The translations under genes were made by a program, and so were the position numbers. Positions 19,111-29,626 of a DNA stretch of 64,000 nucleotides are shown in pieces. The notes beneath the pieces are model-generated. The model made no database searches, had not been told where the DNA came from, and worked only from the letters and a program-made list of their open reading frames with translations. Source of the DNA: Fimbriimonadia bacterium. Lineage in GTDB: Bacteria > Armatimonadota > Fimbriimonadia > Fimbriimonadales > JABRVX01. The DNA lies in the NCBI GenBank assembly GCA_041483895.1, contig JBGPGO010000001.1:445856-509855 (forward strand), given 5' to 3'. Positions within the stretch are counted from its first letter, which is position 1. Every line of letters starts with the position of its first letter.

Positions 19111-19869
19111 CTACCGATGAACCTTGAGCGGCGGGTGCGGTGGACCGCCAAATGCGATGCCGCTGTATGGCGGAATACTGAGTATTTCGGATGGGTATAG
19201 CCAACGGACCTTTTTCAAAGGGACGCTCGCGGGAAGGCAGTAAACGCGAACCTCCAGAAGGTATCGCCCAACCTGCTGGAGCGTCGCCTTGTCTTTGAGC
19301 GACAAAAGCGGCGCGAGCTTCGCAGTTGGAATCAGGCTTGCGGGAAATTCCACCTCGATCTCCGATCCCTGGACGCGCAACTTCCCGGCGGCGAGAACCT
19401 TCGCTGTATAAGATCGGCTGTCCTTTGACATCTGGCCGCGGACGATCGCGGCCTGGTTTGGATCAAGTGACGCTGCCGAACCATAGGAACCGGATACCAC
19501 GCCGACGATCTTCGTCTCCGTTTGACGATCCTTGGGCGGGAACACGTCGCCGAGGAATATTTCGACCCAAAAGAATCCTTGCGACCCCTTCGGTATCTCC
19601 GCGCCCATCTGGAAGATGAATTTGACGGTATCGCCCTGAGAAATCAATGTTAGCACGCGCAGGTCCGCGTAAGCGGGGGCTTTGAATTCGACAGGTCCCT
19701 GATCGCTGTCCGCAGGCCAATATTCAACTTGCGCATGCGGAACGTCACAATTCCAAGAATTCTTCTTGTTTGTCTCCGCTTGCTGCTCAGGCGCCACCGA
19801 GGCGAAAGCGAGTCGTATCCCCAGAACGCCCACCACCCCAACGACCAACGAGCGACGATAGCGCTTCAT
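19111..19869 (-). CDS. Secreted hypothetical protein (paralog B)
   Basis: Signal peptide; shares YADLR, GRYLLE.RVYCLPAS and IPPYSG...HPPLK with paralog A. Confidence 0.75.
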   Translation of the reverse strand: MKRYRRSLVVGVVGVLGIRLAFASVAPEQQAETNKKNSWNCDVPHAQVEYWPADSDQGPVEFKAPAYADLRVLTLISQGDTVKFIFQMGAEIPKGSQGFFWVEIFLGDVFPPKDRQTETKIVGVVSGSYGSAASLDPNQAAIVRGQMSKDSRSYTAKVLAAGKLRVQGSEIEVEFPASLIPTAKLAPLLSLKDKATLQQVGRYLLEVRVYCLPASVPLKKVRWLYPSEILSIPPYSGIAFGGPPHPPLKVHR

Positions 19870-19877
19870 TTCCCCTC

Positions 19878-19920
19878 CTACGGCATGGTACCGCTAACCA
19901 GGCGAGTAAATAATATCCAG
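19878..19920 (-). repeat. Copy 2 of the rseP 3' end
   Basis: Plus strand CTACGGCATGGTACCGCTAACCAGGCGAGT..AATATCCAG versus rseP 20822-20860. Confidence 0.9.
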
Positions 19921-19926
19921 AGAGGG

Positions 19927-20679
19927 TTATCGCTTCGGTCCGCTTGCGTTTCGGGCCTTCAGCGGGGGATGTTCGGGACCGCCGAGCAGTATGCCGCTGT
20001 AGGGAGGAATGCAGATATCGTCGGTCCGATAGACCCAGCGGACCGAATCCGTTGGGATGCTGGCGGGCAGGCAATACACGCGCGCCTCAAGCAGGTAACG
20101 GCCCAGTTCCTTCCAATTGCCCATGCCTTTCACATTGAACAGCGAGATAAGTTTTTGCGGAGGTATTTCGGTGGCTGGGAATTCCAGCTCCACCTTTGAT
20201 CCCTGAATTTGCATAGTGGCCACGCTCAGCACGCTGGCGCTATAACTTTTCCCGTCAGGCGCGGGGCGGCCGAGGACGATGGCCGTTTGGCCTGCGTTCA
20301 AGGCAGGCTCGGATCCGTAAGAACCTAACACCACAGCGACGATTTTCTTATGCGGAGTTCGGTCCCAATAAGGAAAAACGTCGAAGAGGTCGATCTCGAA
20401 CCAGAGTTGGTCCGTTGCATCTTTGGGAATGGGTGCTGCCATTTGAAGCACAAATTTGACGGATTCGCTGCTCGCGCTTACGGTGAGAATTCGTAAGTCC
20501 GCGTAGCTCGGAGCTGCCACTTCGACCGGAGCGTAATCTTTCCCCTTGGCAAGATAACTCACCCATGGGGACCCGCATCTTCGAGCCCAAGAAATATGCT
20601 GCGTGTCTCCAGGCGTTTGGATGCCGGACGAGAATAAGCGTGCGACCGATGCCATCGCCATTAGGATTGAAAAGCTCAT
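19927..20679 (-). CDS. Secreted hypothetical protein (paralog A)
   Basis: GGAGGT RBS before ATG 20679; colinear with paralog B. Confidence 0.75.
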   Translation of the reverse strand: MSFSILMAMASVARLFSSGIQTPGDTQHISWARRCGSPWVSYLAKGKDYAPVEVAAPSYADLRILTVSASSESVKFVLQMAAPIPKDATDQLWFEIDLFDVFPYWDRTPHKKIVAVVLGSYGSEPALNAGQTAIVLGRPAPDGKSYSASVLSVATMQIQGSKVELEFPATEIPPQKLISLFNVKGMGNWKELGRYLLEARVYCLPASIPTDSVRWVYRTDDICIPPYSGILLGGPEHPPLKARNASGPKR

Positions 20680-20756
20680 GACGAGGACCTCCATACTGAC
20701 AAGTAATAGCCGATTGACGATTCGTACGAAATCATCATTACTCAGCCTTTGTACGC

Positions 20757-20785
20757 AGTTTAGCGATCTCTGGGTGCCTTGTCAA
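20757..20785 (-). promoter_or_regulatory. Sigma-70 promoter for the paralog pair
   Basis: Minus strand TTGACA-N17-TAAACT. Confidence 0.65.
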
Positions 20786-20821
20786 GCGCGGGAGACCACA
20801 AATTCCGTATAACTCGCGCCG

Positions 20822-21892
20822 CTACGGCATGGTACCGCTAACGAGGCGGGTGATGTCCAGGGTCATGACGAGTAGGAAGATGGCGGCGAGAATGACGAGG
20901 CCGGCCGCTTGGATTCTCATCTGCGCCGCCGCCGAGAAACGCCGTCCGCCCCGCAGGAATTCCACAAAATACAGAAACAGGTGCCCGCCGTCCAGCACTG
21001 GGATCGGCAGCAGGTTGATCACGCCCAGCGATAGGCTGAGCTGGCCAGCCAGCGATAGCACCTCGGCGAATCCGCGCTGCGATGCCTGAGATGTGACGCT
21101 GACGATAGCCACGGGACCCCCGATGCTCTCAAATGCGAACTTGCTGGTGAGCGTTCCCACAAGAAGCATGATGTTCCCGCCGAATTCCGCAGTCGCCGTC
21201 GAGACCGAGCCGGCGACCCCAACGCGCTTGCGCTCCATGTCCGGCATGCAGAAAATGCGCCCGATCTGTATCTTCTTCGGCCGCAGCGGATCGGAAATGT
21301 CGGGAACCGTGTCCTTCTCCGGCACGACAATCGTGCTGAACTGTTCCCCCTTGCGCTCCAGCGTCAATTGGATCGGCCGGTCAACGCTCATATGGATGCG
21401 CTCAGCCAGTTGATCCCACTTCGTTACAGGCTCCCCCTCGATGGCAAGGACTCGATCCCCATCGCGGATGCCCGCATTCCATGCAACCTTATCCTTTTGC
21501 ACCGTGCCAAAGGTCGGGGGTTCTGTCAGCGTCATGATTCCGTAAGTCGTGCCGACGACGATGAAGAGTATGTATCCGAGGAGAAGGCTCATGAAAGGCC
21601 CGGCAAGAATGACGATCGCGCGCTTGAATAGCGGCGCATCCTGGAACGCCCGTTCTTCCGGAGCGTAGTCCCCTGGCGCCATCCCGTGTATGGCCACGAA
21701 CCCGCCGATCGGCCATGGACCGACGCTGAACTCGGTATCCCCCCACTGCCCAAGCCGGATGAATGATTTGCCAAAGCCGACCTGGAACCTGTCCGCGCGC
21801 ACATTGGCCCAGCGGGCAGCGAAAAAGTGCCCTAGCTCGTGAACGATGACGAGCAGGAAGAATATGAATAGGACGTTGATTACTGTAAGCAA
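20822..21892 (-). CDS. rseP: RIP metalloprotease RseP (M50 + PDZ)
   Basis: HELGH, NLLPIPVLDGG; follows dxr; TTG start inferred. Confidence 0.92.
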   Translation of the reverse strand: MLTVINVLFIFFLLVIVHELGHFFAARWANVRADRFQVGFGKSFIRLGQWGDTEFSVGPWPIGGFVAIHGMAPGDYAPEERAFQDAPLFKRAIVILAGPFMSLLLGYILFIVVGTTYGIMTLTEPPTFGTVQKDKVAWNAGIRDGDRVLAIEGEPVTKWDQLAERIHMSVDRPIQLTLERKGEQFSTIVVPEKDTVPDISDPLRPKKIQIGRIFCMPDMERKRVGVAGSVSTATAEFGGNIMLLVGTLTSKFAFESIGGPVAIVSVTSQASQRGFAEVLSLAGQLSLSLGVINLLPIPVLDGGHLFLYFVEFLRGGRRFSAAAQMRIQAAGLVILAAIFLLVMTLDITRLVSGTMP

Positions 21893-23031
21893 GCGCCCAC
21901 CGTTTCCGTTTTTGCTTTGGCCGCGTCTCGCGCCCATATGTCAGCGGCAATGACCGCCTCCAGTGTAGCTTCCACAGGCGGATGGTCGGCCATGACTGAT
22001 TCTAGAATACGGGGAATGTCCATGAATGTTATCTTTCCATCTAAGAACATCGGTACCAACGCCTCATTCGCTCCGTTCAATACCGCCGGCATCGTACCTC
22101 CGGCCTCCAATGCCTCGTAGGCAAGGCGGAGACACGGGAAAGCGTTTTCGTCTACAGGCTCGAGCGATAGGCTGTAAGATTTGCTGAAATCAAATCTCTC
22201 CAGACCGGTATCTTGCCTTTCCGGATGGAGCAAGGCCACTTGGATCGGCATCCGCATGTCCGGGTAGCCAAGCTGAGCCAACATCGACCCATCGACGAAT
22301 TGGACGATGGAGTGCAGGATGCTTTGCGGGTGGACGACAACTTCGATCTTCTCCGGCGGGAGGCCAAAAAGCCAATGCGCTTCGATCACTTCCAGTCCCT
22401 TGTTCATCAGCGTGGCCGAATCGATGGTGATTTTTGGTCCCATGCGCCATGTGGGATGGGCCAGCGCCATGTCGGGAGTCACGGTTGCCAGTTGGTCTCG
22501 CGTCCAGCCGCGGAACGGTCCGCCGGAGGCAGTCAGAATGACCTGATCAAGATTGTCCCGGCCCCGTCCATCGAGGCATTGGAAGATCGCGCTATGCTCG
22601 CTGTCGATCGGCAGAAGCTGGTCTTGGCGCGTGATTGCTCGGGTCACGGCCTGGCCGGCGGCGACCAGCACCTCTTTGCTGGCGAGGGCGATGGTCTTTC
22701 CTCTTTGCAAAGCAATCAGGGTCGGCTTCAGTCCAATCATGCCGGAAACGCTGACGACGAGCATGTCGTAATCGGCTTCTCCCGCCATCTCGGCCATCGC
22801 GTCGGGTCCCACCAGAGCGCGGCAACCATCCGGCAGACCGTCGAGCGTAGCGCCCTGAGTCAAAGCCGCATAGGAAGCGCGCCATTTTCGAGCCTGCTCC
22901 GCCACGAGATCGGCATTCCGCGCGGCCGCCAATCCGACTACTTCAATCTGTCCCCCCAGGCGCTCGCATACGTCGAGGACCTGGCGGCCAATCGAACCCG
23001 TTGATCCGAGCAACAGGATGCGCTTAGCCAC
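21880..23031 (-). CDS. dxr: 1-deoxy-D-xylulose-5-phosphate reductoisomerase
   Basis: LGSTGSIG, PIDSEHSA, LTASGGPF, DSATLMNKGLE. Confidence 0.97.
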   Translation of the reverse strand: MAKRILLLGSTGSIGRQVLDVCERLGGQIEVVGLAAARNADLVAEQARKWRASYAALTQGATLDGLPDGCRALVGPDAMAEMAGEADYDMLVVSVSGMIGLKPTLIALQRGKTIALASKEVLVAAGQAVTRAITRQDQLLPIDSEHSAIFQCLDGRGRDNLDQVILTASGGPFRGWTRDQLATVTPDMALAHPTWRMGPKITIDSATLMNKGLEVIEAHWLFGLPPEKIEVVVHPQSILHSIVQFVDGSMLAQLGYPDMRMPIQVALLHPERQDTGLERFDFSKSYSLSLEPVDENAFPCLRLAYEALEAGGTMPAVLNGANEALVPMFLDGKITFMDIPRILESVMADHPPVEATLEAVIAADIWARDAAKAKTETVGACLQ

Positions 23032-23818
23032 GAGTCAGCCCGCCAAATTTGCGCGTCCGGTCTTGATAATCCAAGACCGCATCAAACATGGCTTCCTCTT
23101 TGAATTCCGGCCAGAGTGATTTCGATATGTGGAGTTCGCAATATGCCGATTGCCAGAGCAAGAAGTTGCTCACGCGCAGGTCCCCACCGGTTCGGATCAT
23201 GAGGTCCGGGTCCGGCAGATCGGGATGGTACAGCCTGCGCGCGATGTCCTGCTCCGTAACGGCCTCCGGCTCGATGGCCCCTTCCCGCACGTCCGCGGCA
23301 ATCTTTCGCACCGCGTCCACGATCTCCGCCCGTCCACCGTAATTAATCGCTAGGTTGAACACCATGCGCGTATTGTCCTTCGTCGTCTCCGCGCCGATCG
23401 CTAATGCCTCTCGCAGGCCGGCGGGCACTTCGTCCAACCTGCCGCTGGAGAGTACGCGCACGTTGTTCTGGTGGAGCACTCGGAGCTCATCCCGCGCCGC
23501 CCGCTCGATCAGCTTGAACAGCCCGGCCACTTCGTCATTCGGGCGTCGCCAATTCTCGGCGCTGAAAGCATAGACGGTGAGGACCTTGATTCCGAGATCA
23601 GCGGCGTCCAGCAGCACGCCGCGAAGATTCTTGTATCCCTGGCGATGGCCGAACAGGCGGGGTTTGCCGCGCATTTGCGCCCATCGGCCGTTCCCGTCCA
23701 TGATGATTGCGACGTGGACCGGCAGTCGGTCGAGGTCGATGCCGTGCCGCTCCGCGCGTTCTCGGATCGGGTTGTCGGTCGGGGGAAGCAGGCCGAGCAT
23801 GCCCGCGCGGTCTCCCAC
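23024..23818 (-). CDS. uppS: Undecaprenyl diphosphate synthase
   Basis: IMDGNGRWA, FSAENWRRP, RVSNFLLWQ. Confidence 0.97.
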   Translation of the reverse strand: MGDRAGMLGLLPPTDNPIRERAERHGIDLDRLPVHVAIIMDGNGRWAQMRGKPRLFGHRQGYKNLRGVLLDAADLGIKVLTVYAFSAENWRRPNDEVAGLFKLIERAARDELRVLHQNNVRVLSSGRLDEVPAGLREALAIGAETTKDNTRMVFNLAINYGGRAEIVDAVRKIAADVREGAIEPEAVTEQDIARRLYHPDLPDPDLMIRTGGDLRVSNFLLWQSAYCELHISKSLWPEFKEEAMFDAVLDYQDRTRKFGGLTRG

Positions 23819-24375
23819 TAGACCTCCATCAACTCCTCTTCCTTGGCCTTCTGAATATCGTGTATCTGCTCGACGTATTGATCGGTCAGCTTCTGCAGCT
23901 TTTGTTCAGCCCGCTTGAGATCGTCCTCGGACACCTCGTGATTCTTTTCCGACTGTTTCATGTGGTTGTGGGCATCGCGCCGGATGTTGCGAACCCCCAC
24001 GCAGCCCTCTTCTGCCCGCGCGTGAAGCTGCTTTACCATATCCTTGCGGCGCTCCTCGGTCATCGCCGGGACGTTGAGCCGGATGCCGCTGCCATCGGTA
24101 ATCGGGTTGATTCCAAGGTCGCTCTTTAGAATTGCCCGCTCAATGTTCGGCGTTGCCGATTTGTCATAAGGCGTGACGAGAAGCTGGCGCGGCTCCGGCA
24201 CGCTGATATTCGCAACCTGATTAATTGGGGTCGGGGTGCCGTAATAGTCAACCATCACCCGTTCCAGCATTTGCGGGTTGGCCCGGCCGGTTCGCAGCCG
24301 CTGAAAGTCATGCCCGGCGGCCTCAACCGCCTGCTGCATCTTCTGTTCCGCTTTGTGAAGCATATCGTCGATCAT
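23818..24375 (-). CDS. frr: Ribosome recycling factor
   Basis: RTGRANP, VDYYG, TEERRK. Confidence 0.97.
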   Translation of the reverse strand: MIDDMLHKAEQKMQQAVEAAGHDFQRLRTGRANPQMLERVMVDYYGTPTPINQVANISVPEPRQLLVTPYDKSATPNIERAILKSDLGINPITDGSGIRLNVPAMTEERRKDMVKQLHARAEEGCVGVRNIRRDAHNHMKQSEKNHEVSEDDLKRAEQKLQKLTDQYVEQIHDIQKAKEEELMEV

Positions 24376-25103
24376 GTCTCTTGACCTCCTACCGTCGTAC
24401 CGATTGACTCTCCCGAAAGCGCCCGTTGGATACTGTGCTCCTCATTGAGGGCGAACACAACGATGGGCAATTGGTGCTCTCGGCACATCGTGAACGCGGT
24501 CTGATCCATTACGGCGAGCCTGCGCTCAATAGCATCATCATACGACAGATATTGGTATTTTCTTGCATCCGAACTCTTGAGCGGGTCCTTATCGTACACG
24601 CCGTCCACTTTTGTAGCCTTGAATAGGGCGTCCGCTCCAATTTCCAGAGCGCGCAGGACTGCTGCTGTGTCGGTACTGAAAAACGGGTTTCCAGTTCCGG
24701 CGGCTAAGATAACGATGCGGCCCTTCTCAAGGTGCCGGATCGCGCGGCGGCGGATAAACGGCTCGGAAACCTCTCGAACGGCGATCGCGCTCTGCAGCCG
24801 CGTCACGACTCCCAACTTCTCCAGCGCCTGTTGGAGGGCAAGGGCATTGATGATCGTCCCCAGCATGCCCATATAGTCGGCGGTCGCCTGATCCGCGCCT
24901 TCCATGGACGCGGTGGCGCCGCGAATGATGTTGCCGCCACCCACTACCAGAGCTATTTCTATGCCGAGAGACTGAGCCTCCTGGATTTTCCCTGCGATTC
25001 CGAAGACGGCAGACGTATCGATGCCAAACCCGCGCTCCCCGGCGAGCGCCTCGCCGGACAGCTTGAGCAGAACTCGCTTGTACTTTGGGCCGGCATCCTC
25101 CAC
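24372..25103 (-). CDS. pyrH: UMP kinase
   Basis: [20 protein letters not shown]. Confidence 0.97.
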   Translation of the reverse strand: MEDAGPKYKRVLLKLSGEALAGERGFGIDTSAVFGIAGKIQEAQSLGIEIALVVGGGNIIRGATASMEGADQATADYMGMLGTIINALALQQALEKLGVVTRLQSAIAVREVSEPFIRRRAIRHLEKGRIVILAAGTGNPFFSTDTAAVLRALEIGADALFKATKVDGVYDKDPLKSSDARKYQYLSYDDAIERRLAVMDQTAFTMCREHQLPIVVFALNEEHSIQRALSGESIGTTVGGQET

Positions 25104-25108
25104 GCCCG

Positions 25109-25951
25109 TTAACCCCCTACTGCAAATCGTGTAAAGCCAACTACGGATACGCCCGGAACCTTTTCGACCATCTCTCGCACGGTCTGCGACTGTCCGAGAT
25201 AGCCCTGCTCCAACAGGCAGACGGCCTGGAGGAAGTTCTTGTTGACCCGTCCCTGGGCGATCTGCTCCGCGGCGGCCTCCGGTTTTCCATCGTTCATCGC
25301 GCGGGCCTTTTCTATTTCCAGCTCCCGTTTCAGCCGGTCCTGATCGACGTCGTCTCGGCTGACAAATTCCGGCGCGGCCCAGGCGACATGGATGCCGATT
25401 TGGTGGGCAAGCTCGACAGCGGCATCGCTCGTGATGCCACCTAATTCGACCAGAACACCTTTCGTCTTGTCGTGATGGATGTAGGTGTCCACCAGCCCTT
25501 CCGGCGCCTGCCGAACCTTGACGTTCCCCAACTCGATTTTCTCGCCGATCTTGCCCACAGCGCTCGTAATCGCGGCCTCGACCGTACCGCCGGCGAGCGA
25601 CAGGGCAAGAACCTCTTCGCGCGTCGCGCCGTCATTGGCCGAAGTCAAGGCAACGTCGGCGATCTGCTGCGCCAACTGAACGAAATCTGGATTTCGGGCA
25701 ACGAAATCTGTTTCGCAACCCAAGGCGACCAGGGCAGCCTTCCGTCGATCACCCGTCTCGGCGCTGGCAATCACGCCTGCGCTCGCCTCCCGGCCGGCGC
25801 GCTTGACCGCAACCGCGACTCCGCGCTCGCGCAGAAGCTGTTTGGCCCTTTCGACGTCGCCTGCCGATTCGACCAAGGCCTTCTTGCAATCCATCATGGG
25901 AACCCCGGTGTCGTCCCGGAGCTCCTTTACCATCGCGGCAGTTACTTCCAT
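25109..25951 (-). CDS. tsf: Elongation factor Ts
   Basis: [22 protein letters not shown]. Confidence 0.97.
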   Translation of the reverse strand: MEVTAAMVKELRDDTGVPMMDCKKALVESAGDVERAKQLLRERGVAVAVKRAGREASAGVIASAETGDRRKAALVALGCETDFVARNPDFVQLAQQIADVALTSANDGATREEVLALSLAGGTVEAAITSAVGKIGEKIELGNVKVRQAPEGLVDTYIHHDKTKGVLVELGGITSDAAVELAHQIGIHVAWAAPEFVSRDDVDQDRLKRELEIEKARAMNDGKPEAAAEQIAQGRVNKNFLQAVCLLEQGYLGQSQTVREMVEKVPGVSVVGFTRFAVGG

Positions 25952-26997
25952 TACTCCACTTCCTCTTTCCGTCGCGAGCGCCTCGGCTTTTCCTTCTCCT
26001 TCTCCGCTTCCGGCTCGGCCTTGACCTTGCCGGCGTCGCCTTGTTCTAACATCTTCTTCGCCAAATCTTCGGCTGTCAGTTTGGTCACGTCCTCTTCCGG
26101 TTTTGCCGGCGGCTCATCCACCAAGAATTCTTCGTCGATCTTTTTCAGGAGAACATCCTCAAGCTGGACAACGTCTTGAGCGTCCAAGAACCCCGCTTTG
26201 GCGGCGAGAAGATCGCTGCTGATTTCACCGTGCGGGATCGCTCCCTCTTGGAACGCCTCGGCGTCTTCCTCGGTCGCGGGCGTCTCTTCGCCCTCTTCCA
26301 GCAGCTCTTCTTCTGTATGAGGCAGAACTTCGATGATTGAATCGGCGATTTTTCCCGCAACGAGCTTGATGGCGCGAATAGCGTCGTCGTTGCCTGGAAT
26401 TACATAATCTACGTCGTCGGGATCACAATTCGTATCAACGATTGCGACGATCGGGATGCCGAGCTTTTTGGCTTCGGCAACCGCGATGGCCTCTTTCTTG
26501 AGGTCCACGATGAACATCAGCTTGGGAAGGCTGGGCATATCCTTGATGCCGTCCAGATATCGATGAAGCCGGCCCAATTCGTCCCTTCGCAGCATCGCTT
26601 CCTTTTTGGGCAGGCGCGCCAGGAACCCGTCCGCGTCCATTCGCTCCAGATCCCGCAGGCGGGTTATGCGCTGCGCGATGGTTTTCCAATTCGTAAGCAT
26701 TCCACCCAGCCATCGTTCGCAAACGAAATACTGGCGGCACCGGACCGCCGCCTCTTTGACCGCCGATTGGGCCTGCTTCTTGGTGCCGACGAACAGAACG
26801 TGGCCGCCTTCGCTGATGCTGTTTTGAACGTAGTTGACCGCGTCGTCGAACAGTTTTATGGTCTGGTGAAGGTCGATGATGTAGATGCCGCTGCGGGCGC
26901 CGTAGATATAGGGCTTCATTTTGGGGTTCCACTTGCGGGTTACGTGGCCGAAGTGGACGCCCGATTCCAGAAGCTCTTTCATGCTGAGAGCTGCCAA
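25951..26997 (-). CDS. rpsB: 30S ribosomal protein S2 with long charged C-terminal tail
   Basis: [23 protein letters not shown]; TTG start at 26997 after AAGGAG. Confidence 0.96.
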   Translation of the reverse strand: MAALSMKELLESGVHFGHVTRKWNPKMKPYIYGARSGIYIIDLHQTIKLFDDAVNYVQNSISEGGHVLFVGTKKQAQSAVKEAAVRCRQYFVCERWLGGMLTNWKTIAQRITRLRDLERMDADGFLARLPKKEAMLRRDELGRLHRYLDGIKDMPSLPKLMFIVDLKKEAIAVAEAKKLGIPIVAIVDTNCDPDDVDYVIPGNDDAIRAIKLVAGKIADSIIEVLPHTEEELLEEGEETPATEEDAEAFQEGAIPHGEISSDLLAAKAGFLDAQDVVQLEDVLLKKIDEEFLVDEPPAKPEEDVTKLTAEDLAKKMLEQGDAGKVKAEPEAEKEKEKPRRSRRKEEVE

Positions 26998-27000
26998 TTG

Positions 27001-27098
27001 ATACTCCTTCGGGTTATTTCCTCCCGTGTCGGCCTGGTCCCGCCATTCCCGGTTGTCCCAGGACACCCTTGCGGGGGTCGATCGCGGTGCGTGATGGG
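27001..27098 (-). promoter_or_regulatory. rpsB 5' leader (t44/S2 autoregulatory-like)
   Basis: Minus strand GGGTGT...GACACGGGAGGAAATAACCC resembles conserved rpsB leader elements; -10 TATACT at 27103-27108. Confidence 0.5.
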
Positions 27099-27153
27099 GG
27101 TGAGTATACCGAAATGATTTGGTATCATGCGCTGGACGCATTGAGTGTGGAAG

Positions 27154-27363
27154 ATGAATAAGTACGAGATCATCATTTTTTGGAGCGAGGAAGACGGTCG
27201 TTTCGTGGCCGAAGTGCCCGAATTGCCTGGATGCATGGCTGACGGCGAGACCCAACAGGAGGCCCTTGCCAGCGCGGAAGAGTCGACGAGACTTTGGATT
27301 GAGACGGCCCAAGAACTTGGCCGGGCCATACCGCAACCCAAGGGCCGACTATGCTTCGCTTAG
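27154..27363 (+). CDS. hicB: HicB family antitoxin (short form, orphan)
   Basis: [26 protein letters not shown]...IP.P. Confidence 0.88.
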   Translation: MNKYEIIIFWSEEDGRFVAEVPELPGCMADGETQQEALASAEESTRLWIETAQELGRAIPQPKGRLCFA

Positions 27364-27404
27364 GCAGGCAGGGGTACAAAAGCAAGCGACGAAGCTGACT
27401 CTCT

Positions 27405-29540
27405 GTGTTCCAATCCCTCCTGATCGCCACATCCCTTCTGGTCAACCCGACGCAGAGCCTTTTCGCCGGTCATCCTGACTGGCTGCTGGATCCGGCCCCA
27501 TACAAGACCAAGATCACTGTAACGCCCGATAAACGGGCAATCACGCTCACAAACGGTCTGATCAAGCGCGTCTGGCGGCTGACCCCGAATGCCGCCACAG
27601 TGGCTCTCGATAACCTGATGACCTGCGAATCGATGCTCCGGGCGGTGAAGCCGGAGGCAAAACTGACCCTCGATGGGAAGGAATACTCGGTAGGCGGCCT
27701 GATCGGGCAGCCAAATCTGGCCTACCTGCGACCGGAATGGCTGGACCAATTGAAAGCGGACCCGAACGCCCTGCAATTCACCGGATGGGACCGGGCGCCG
27801 GTCGAGGAGCGGTTCGCTTGGAAGCGGGTCCGTCACGCGGCGAACATGCCCTGGCCACCGCCGGGTCAGGGTCTCGTTTTTCACTTCCAAGGACCGAACC
27901 AGCTAGCCGTAGATGTTCACTATGAGATGTACGACGGAATACCCTTGGTTGCCAAGTGGGTGCTGCTCAACAATGGCGGCGTCAAGGCGGTACGGCTCGA
28001 TCGGTTCACTTCCGAGGTGTTGGCGTTTGCCGAATTTGAGTCTGCGGTGGGTGAGCAGAAGCACTGGGACAGCCCGAATGTGTACGTGTTCAGCGACTAC
28101 GCCTTCGGCGGCGATACGACCAAGAACGCCAACCACACAACCTTCTGGGAGACGGACCCCAGCTATCAATCGCAGGTCAACTACGACCTTAAGACCCCCA
28201 ACACGCTGGAATCTCGGCCTCCGCTTGGACCTGCCATGGACATCCCTCCCGGCGGCTCCTTCGAGACCTTCCGGACCTTCGAGCTGCTCTACGATTCGAC
28301 GGAACGAGAGCGCAAAGGTCTCGACGTGCGCCGGGCTTACAAAACCTTGGCTCCGTGGGTCACGGAAAGCCCTCTCATGCTCCACCTCACCTCAACCGAC
28401 CCGCAGGTCGTCCATCGCGCAATCGATCAATGCGCGGAGGTCGGCTTCGAGATGGTGATCTTCAGCTTCGGCAGCGGGCTGAATATGGAAGACGATTCTG
28501 AGGTCAACATTCGAAAATTCAGAGAGTTCTCGGACTATGCGCACTCCAAGGGGTTGCAAATTGGCGGCTATTCACTGCTCGCAAGCCGCCGGATCAGCGA
28601 CGAGGACGACGTGATCGATCCCGAGACCAAGAAGCCGGGCAAGGCAATCTTCGGCAACTCCCCCTGCCTTGGGAGCCGTTGGGCGGATCGCTATTTCGCG
28701 GCGCTGCGAACGTTCCTGGTAGGGACCCATTTCGACCTGTTGGAACATGACGGCAGCTATCCGGGAGACGTATGCGCCTCGACGACCCATCCGGGTCATA
28801 AGGGCTTGGAAGATTCGCAATGGACCCAATTTCAGAAAATCGTGGAGTTCTATCGCTGGTGCCGAGCGCAAGGCATCTTCTTGAATGTCCCGGATTGGTA
28901 TTTTCTGGAAGGGTCGAACAAGTCCGGAATGGGATACCGGGAAACCAACTGGTCGCTTCCGCGCGAAGAGCAGATTGTGCTCGCTCGCCAAAACATGTAC
29001 GACGGCACCTGGGAAAAGACTCCTACGATGGGTTGGATGTTCTGTCCGCTCGTTGAGTATCAGGGCGGCGGCGCCGCCGCGACGATTGAGCCGCTTAGCG
29101 AGCATTTGGATGCTTACGGAGCGCATTTGCGCAACTATGTCGGCTTCGGGGTGCAGGCCTGCTACCGGGGTCCGCGGCTGTACGATTCGCCGAAAACGGA
29201 GGCGCTCGTCAAGAAATGGGTCTCGTTCTTCAAGGAGCATCGAGACATTCTGGAGTGCGACATCGTGCACGTGCGGCGCGCGAACGGACGCGATCTGGAC
29301 ATCATCTTGCACGTCAATCCCAAATTGACGACCAAAGGGTTTGCCATGATTTACAACCCCACCTCCGATCCGATAACGGAAGAAGTAATGCTTTCCAGCT
29401 ATTACACCGGCTTGAGCCAAAACGCCACGATTCAAATTCAGGATGGCAAGGCGAAGACCGTTCCCATCGATCCTTCGGGCCGGATTCATCTGTCTGTGAC
29501 GGTTCCATCCCAAGGCGCTATTTGGCTGACGATACGGTAA
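27405..29540 (+). CDS. Secreted alpha-galactosidase-like glycoside hydrolase (GH36-like)
   Basis: Signal-like N-terminus; beta domain plus TIM-barrel-like region (EHDGSYPGD); family assignment tentative. Confidence 0.6.
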   Translation: MFQSLLIATSLLVNPTQSLFAGHPDWLLDPAPYKTKITVTPDKRAITLTNGLIKRVWRLTPNAATVALDNLMTCESMLRAVKPEAKLTLDGKEYSVGGLIGQPNLAYLRPEWLDQLKADPNALQFTGWDRAPVEERFAWKRVRHAANMPWPPPGQGLVFHFQGPNQLAVDVHYEMYDGIPLVAKWVLLNNGGVKAVRLDRFTSEVLAFAEFESAVGEQKHWDSPNVYVFSDYAFGGDTTKNANHTTFWETDPSYQSQVNYDLKTPNTLESRPPLGPAMDIPPGGSFETFRTFELLYDSTERERKGLDVRRAYKTLAPWVTESPLMLHLTSTDPQVVHRAIDQCAEVGFEMVIFSFGSGLNMEDDSEVNIRKFREFSDYAHSKGLQIGGYSLLASRRISDEDDVIDPETKKPGKAIFGNSPCLGSRWADRYFAALRTFLVGTHFDLLEHDGSYPGDVCASTTHPGHKGLEDSQWTQFQKIVEFYRWCRAQGIFLNVPDWYFLEGSNKSGMGYRETNWSLPREEQIVLARQNMYDGTWEKTPTMGWMFCPLVEYQGGGAAATIEPLSEHLDAYGAHLRNYVGFGVQACYRGPRLYDSPKTEALVKKWVSFFKEHRDILECDIVHVRRANGRDLDIILHVNPKLTTKGFAMIYNPTSDPITEEVMLSSYYTGLSQNATIQIQDGKAKTVPIDPSGRIHLSVTVPSQGAIWLTIR

Positions 29541-29626
29541 GGATGCGGAACTGAGACAATTCTTATCTTGTTTGAGCTATCGAGCACCGATTTGCGGTGC
29601 GGCGCGATAGGTTGGAAGGAGAACAT

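Noticed and set aside
26998-27336. N-terminal extension of RpsB in the ORF track
   Set aside because: Overlaps hicB and the leader; the RBS supports TTG 26997.
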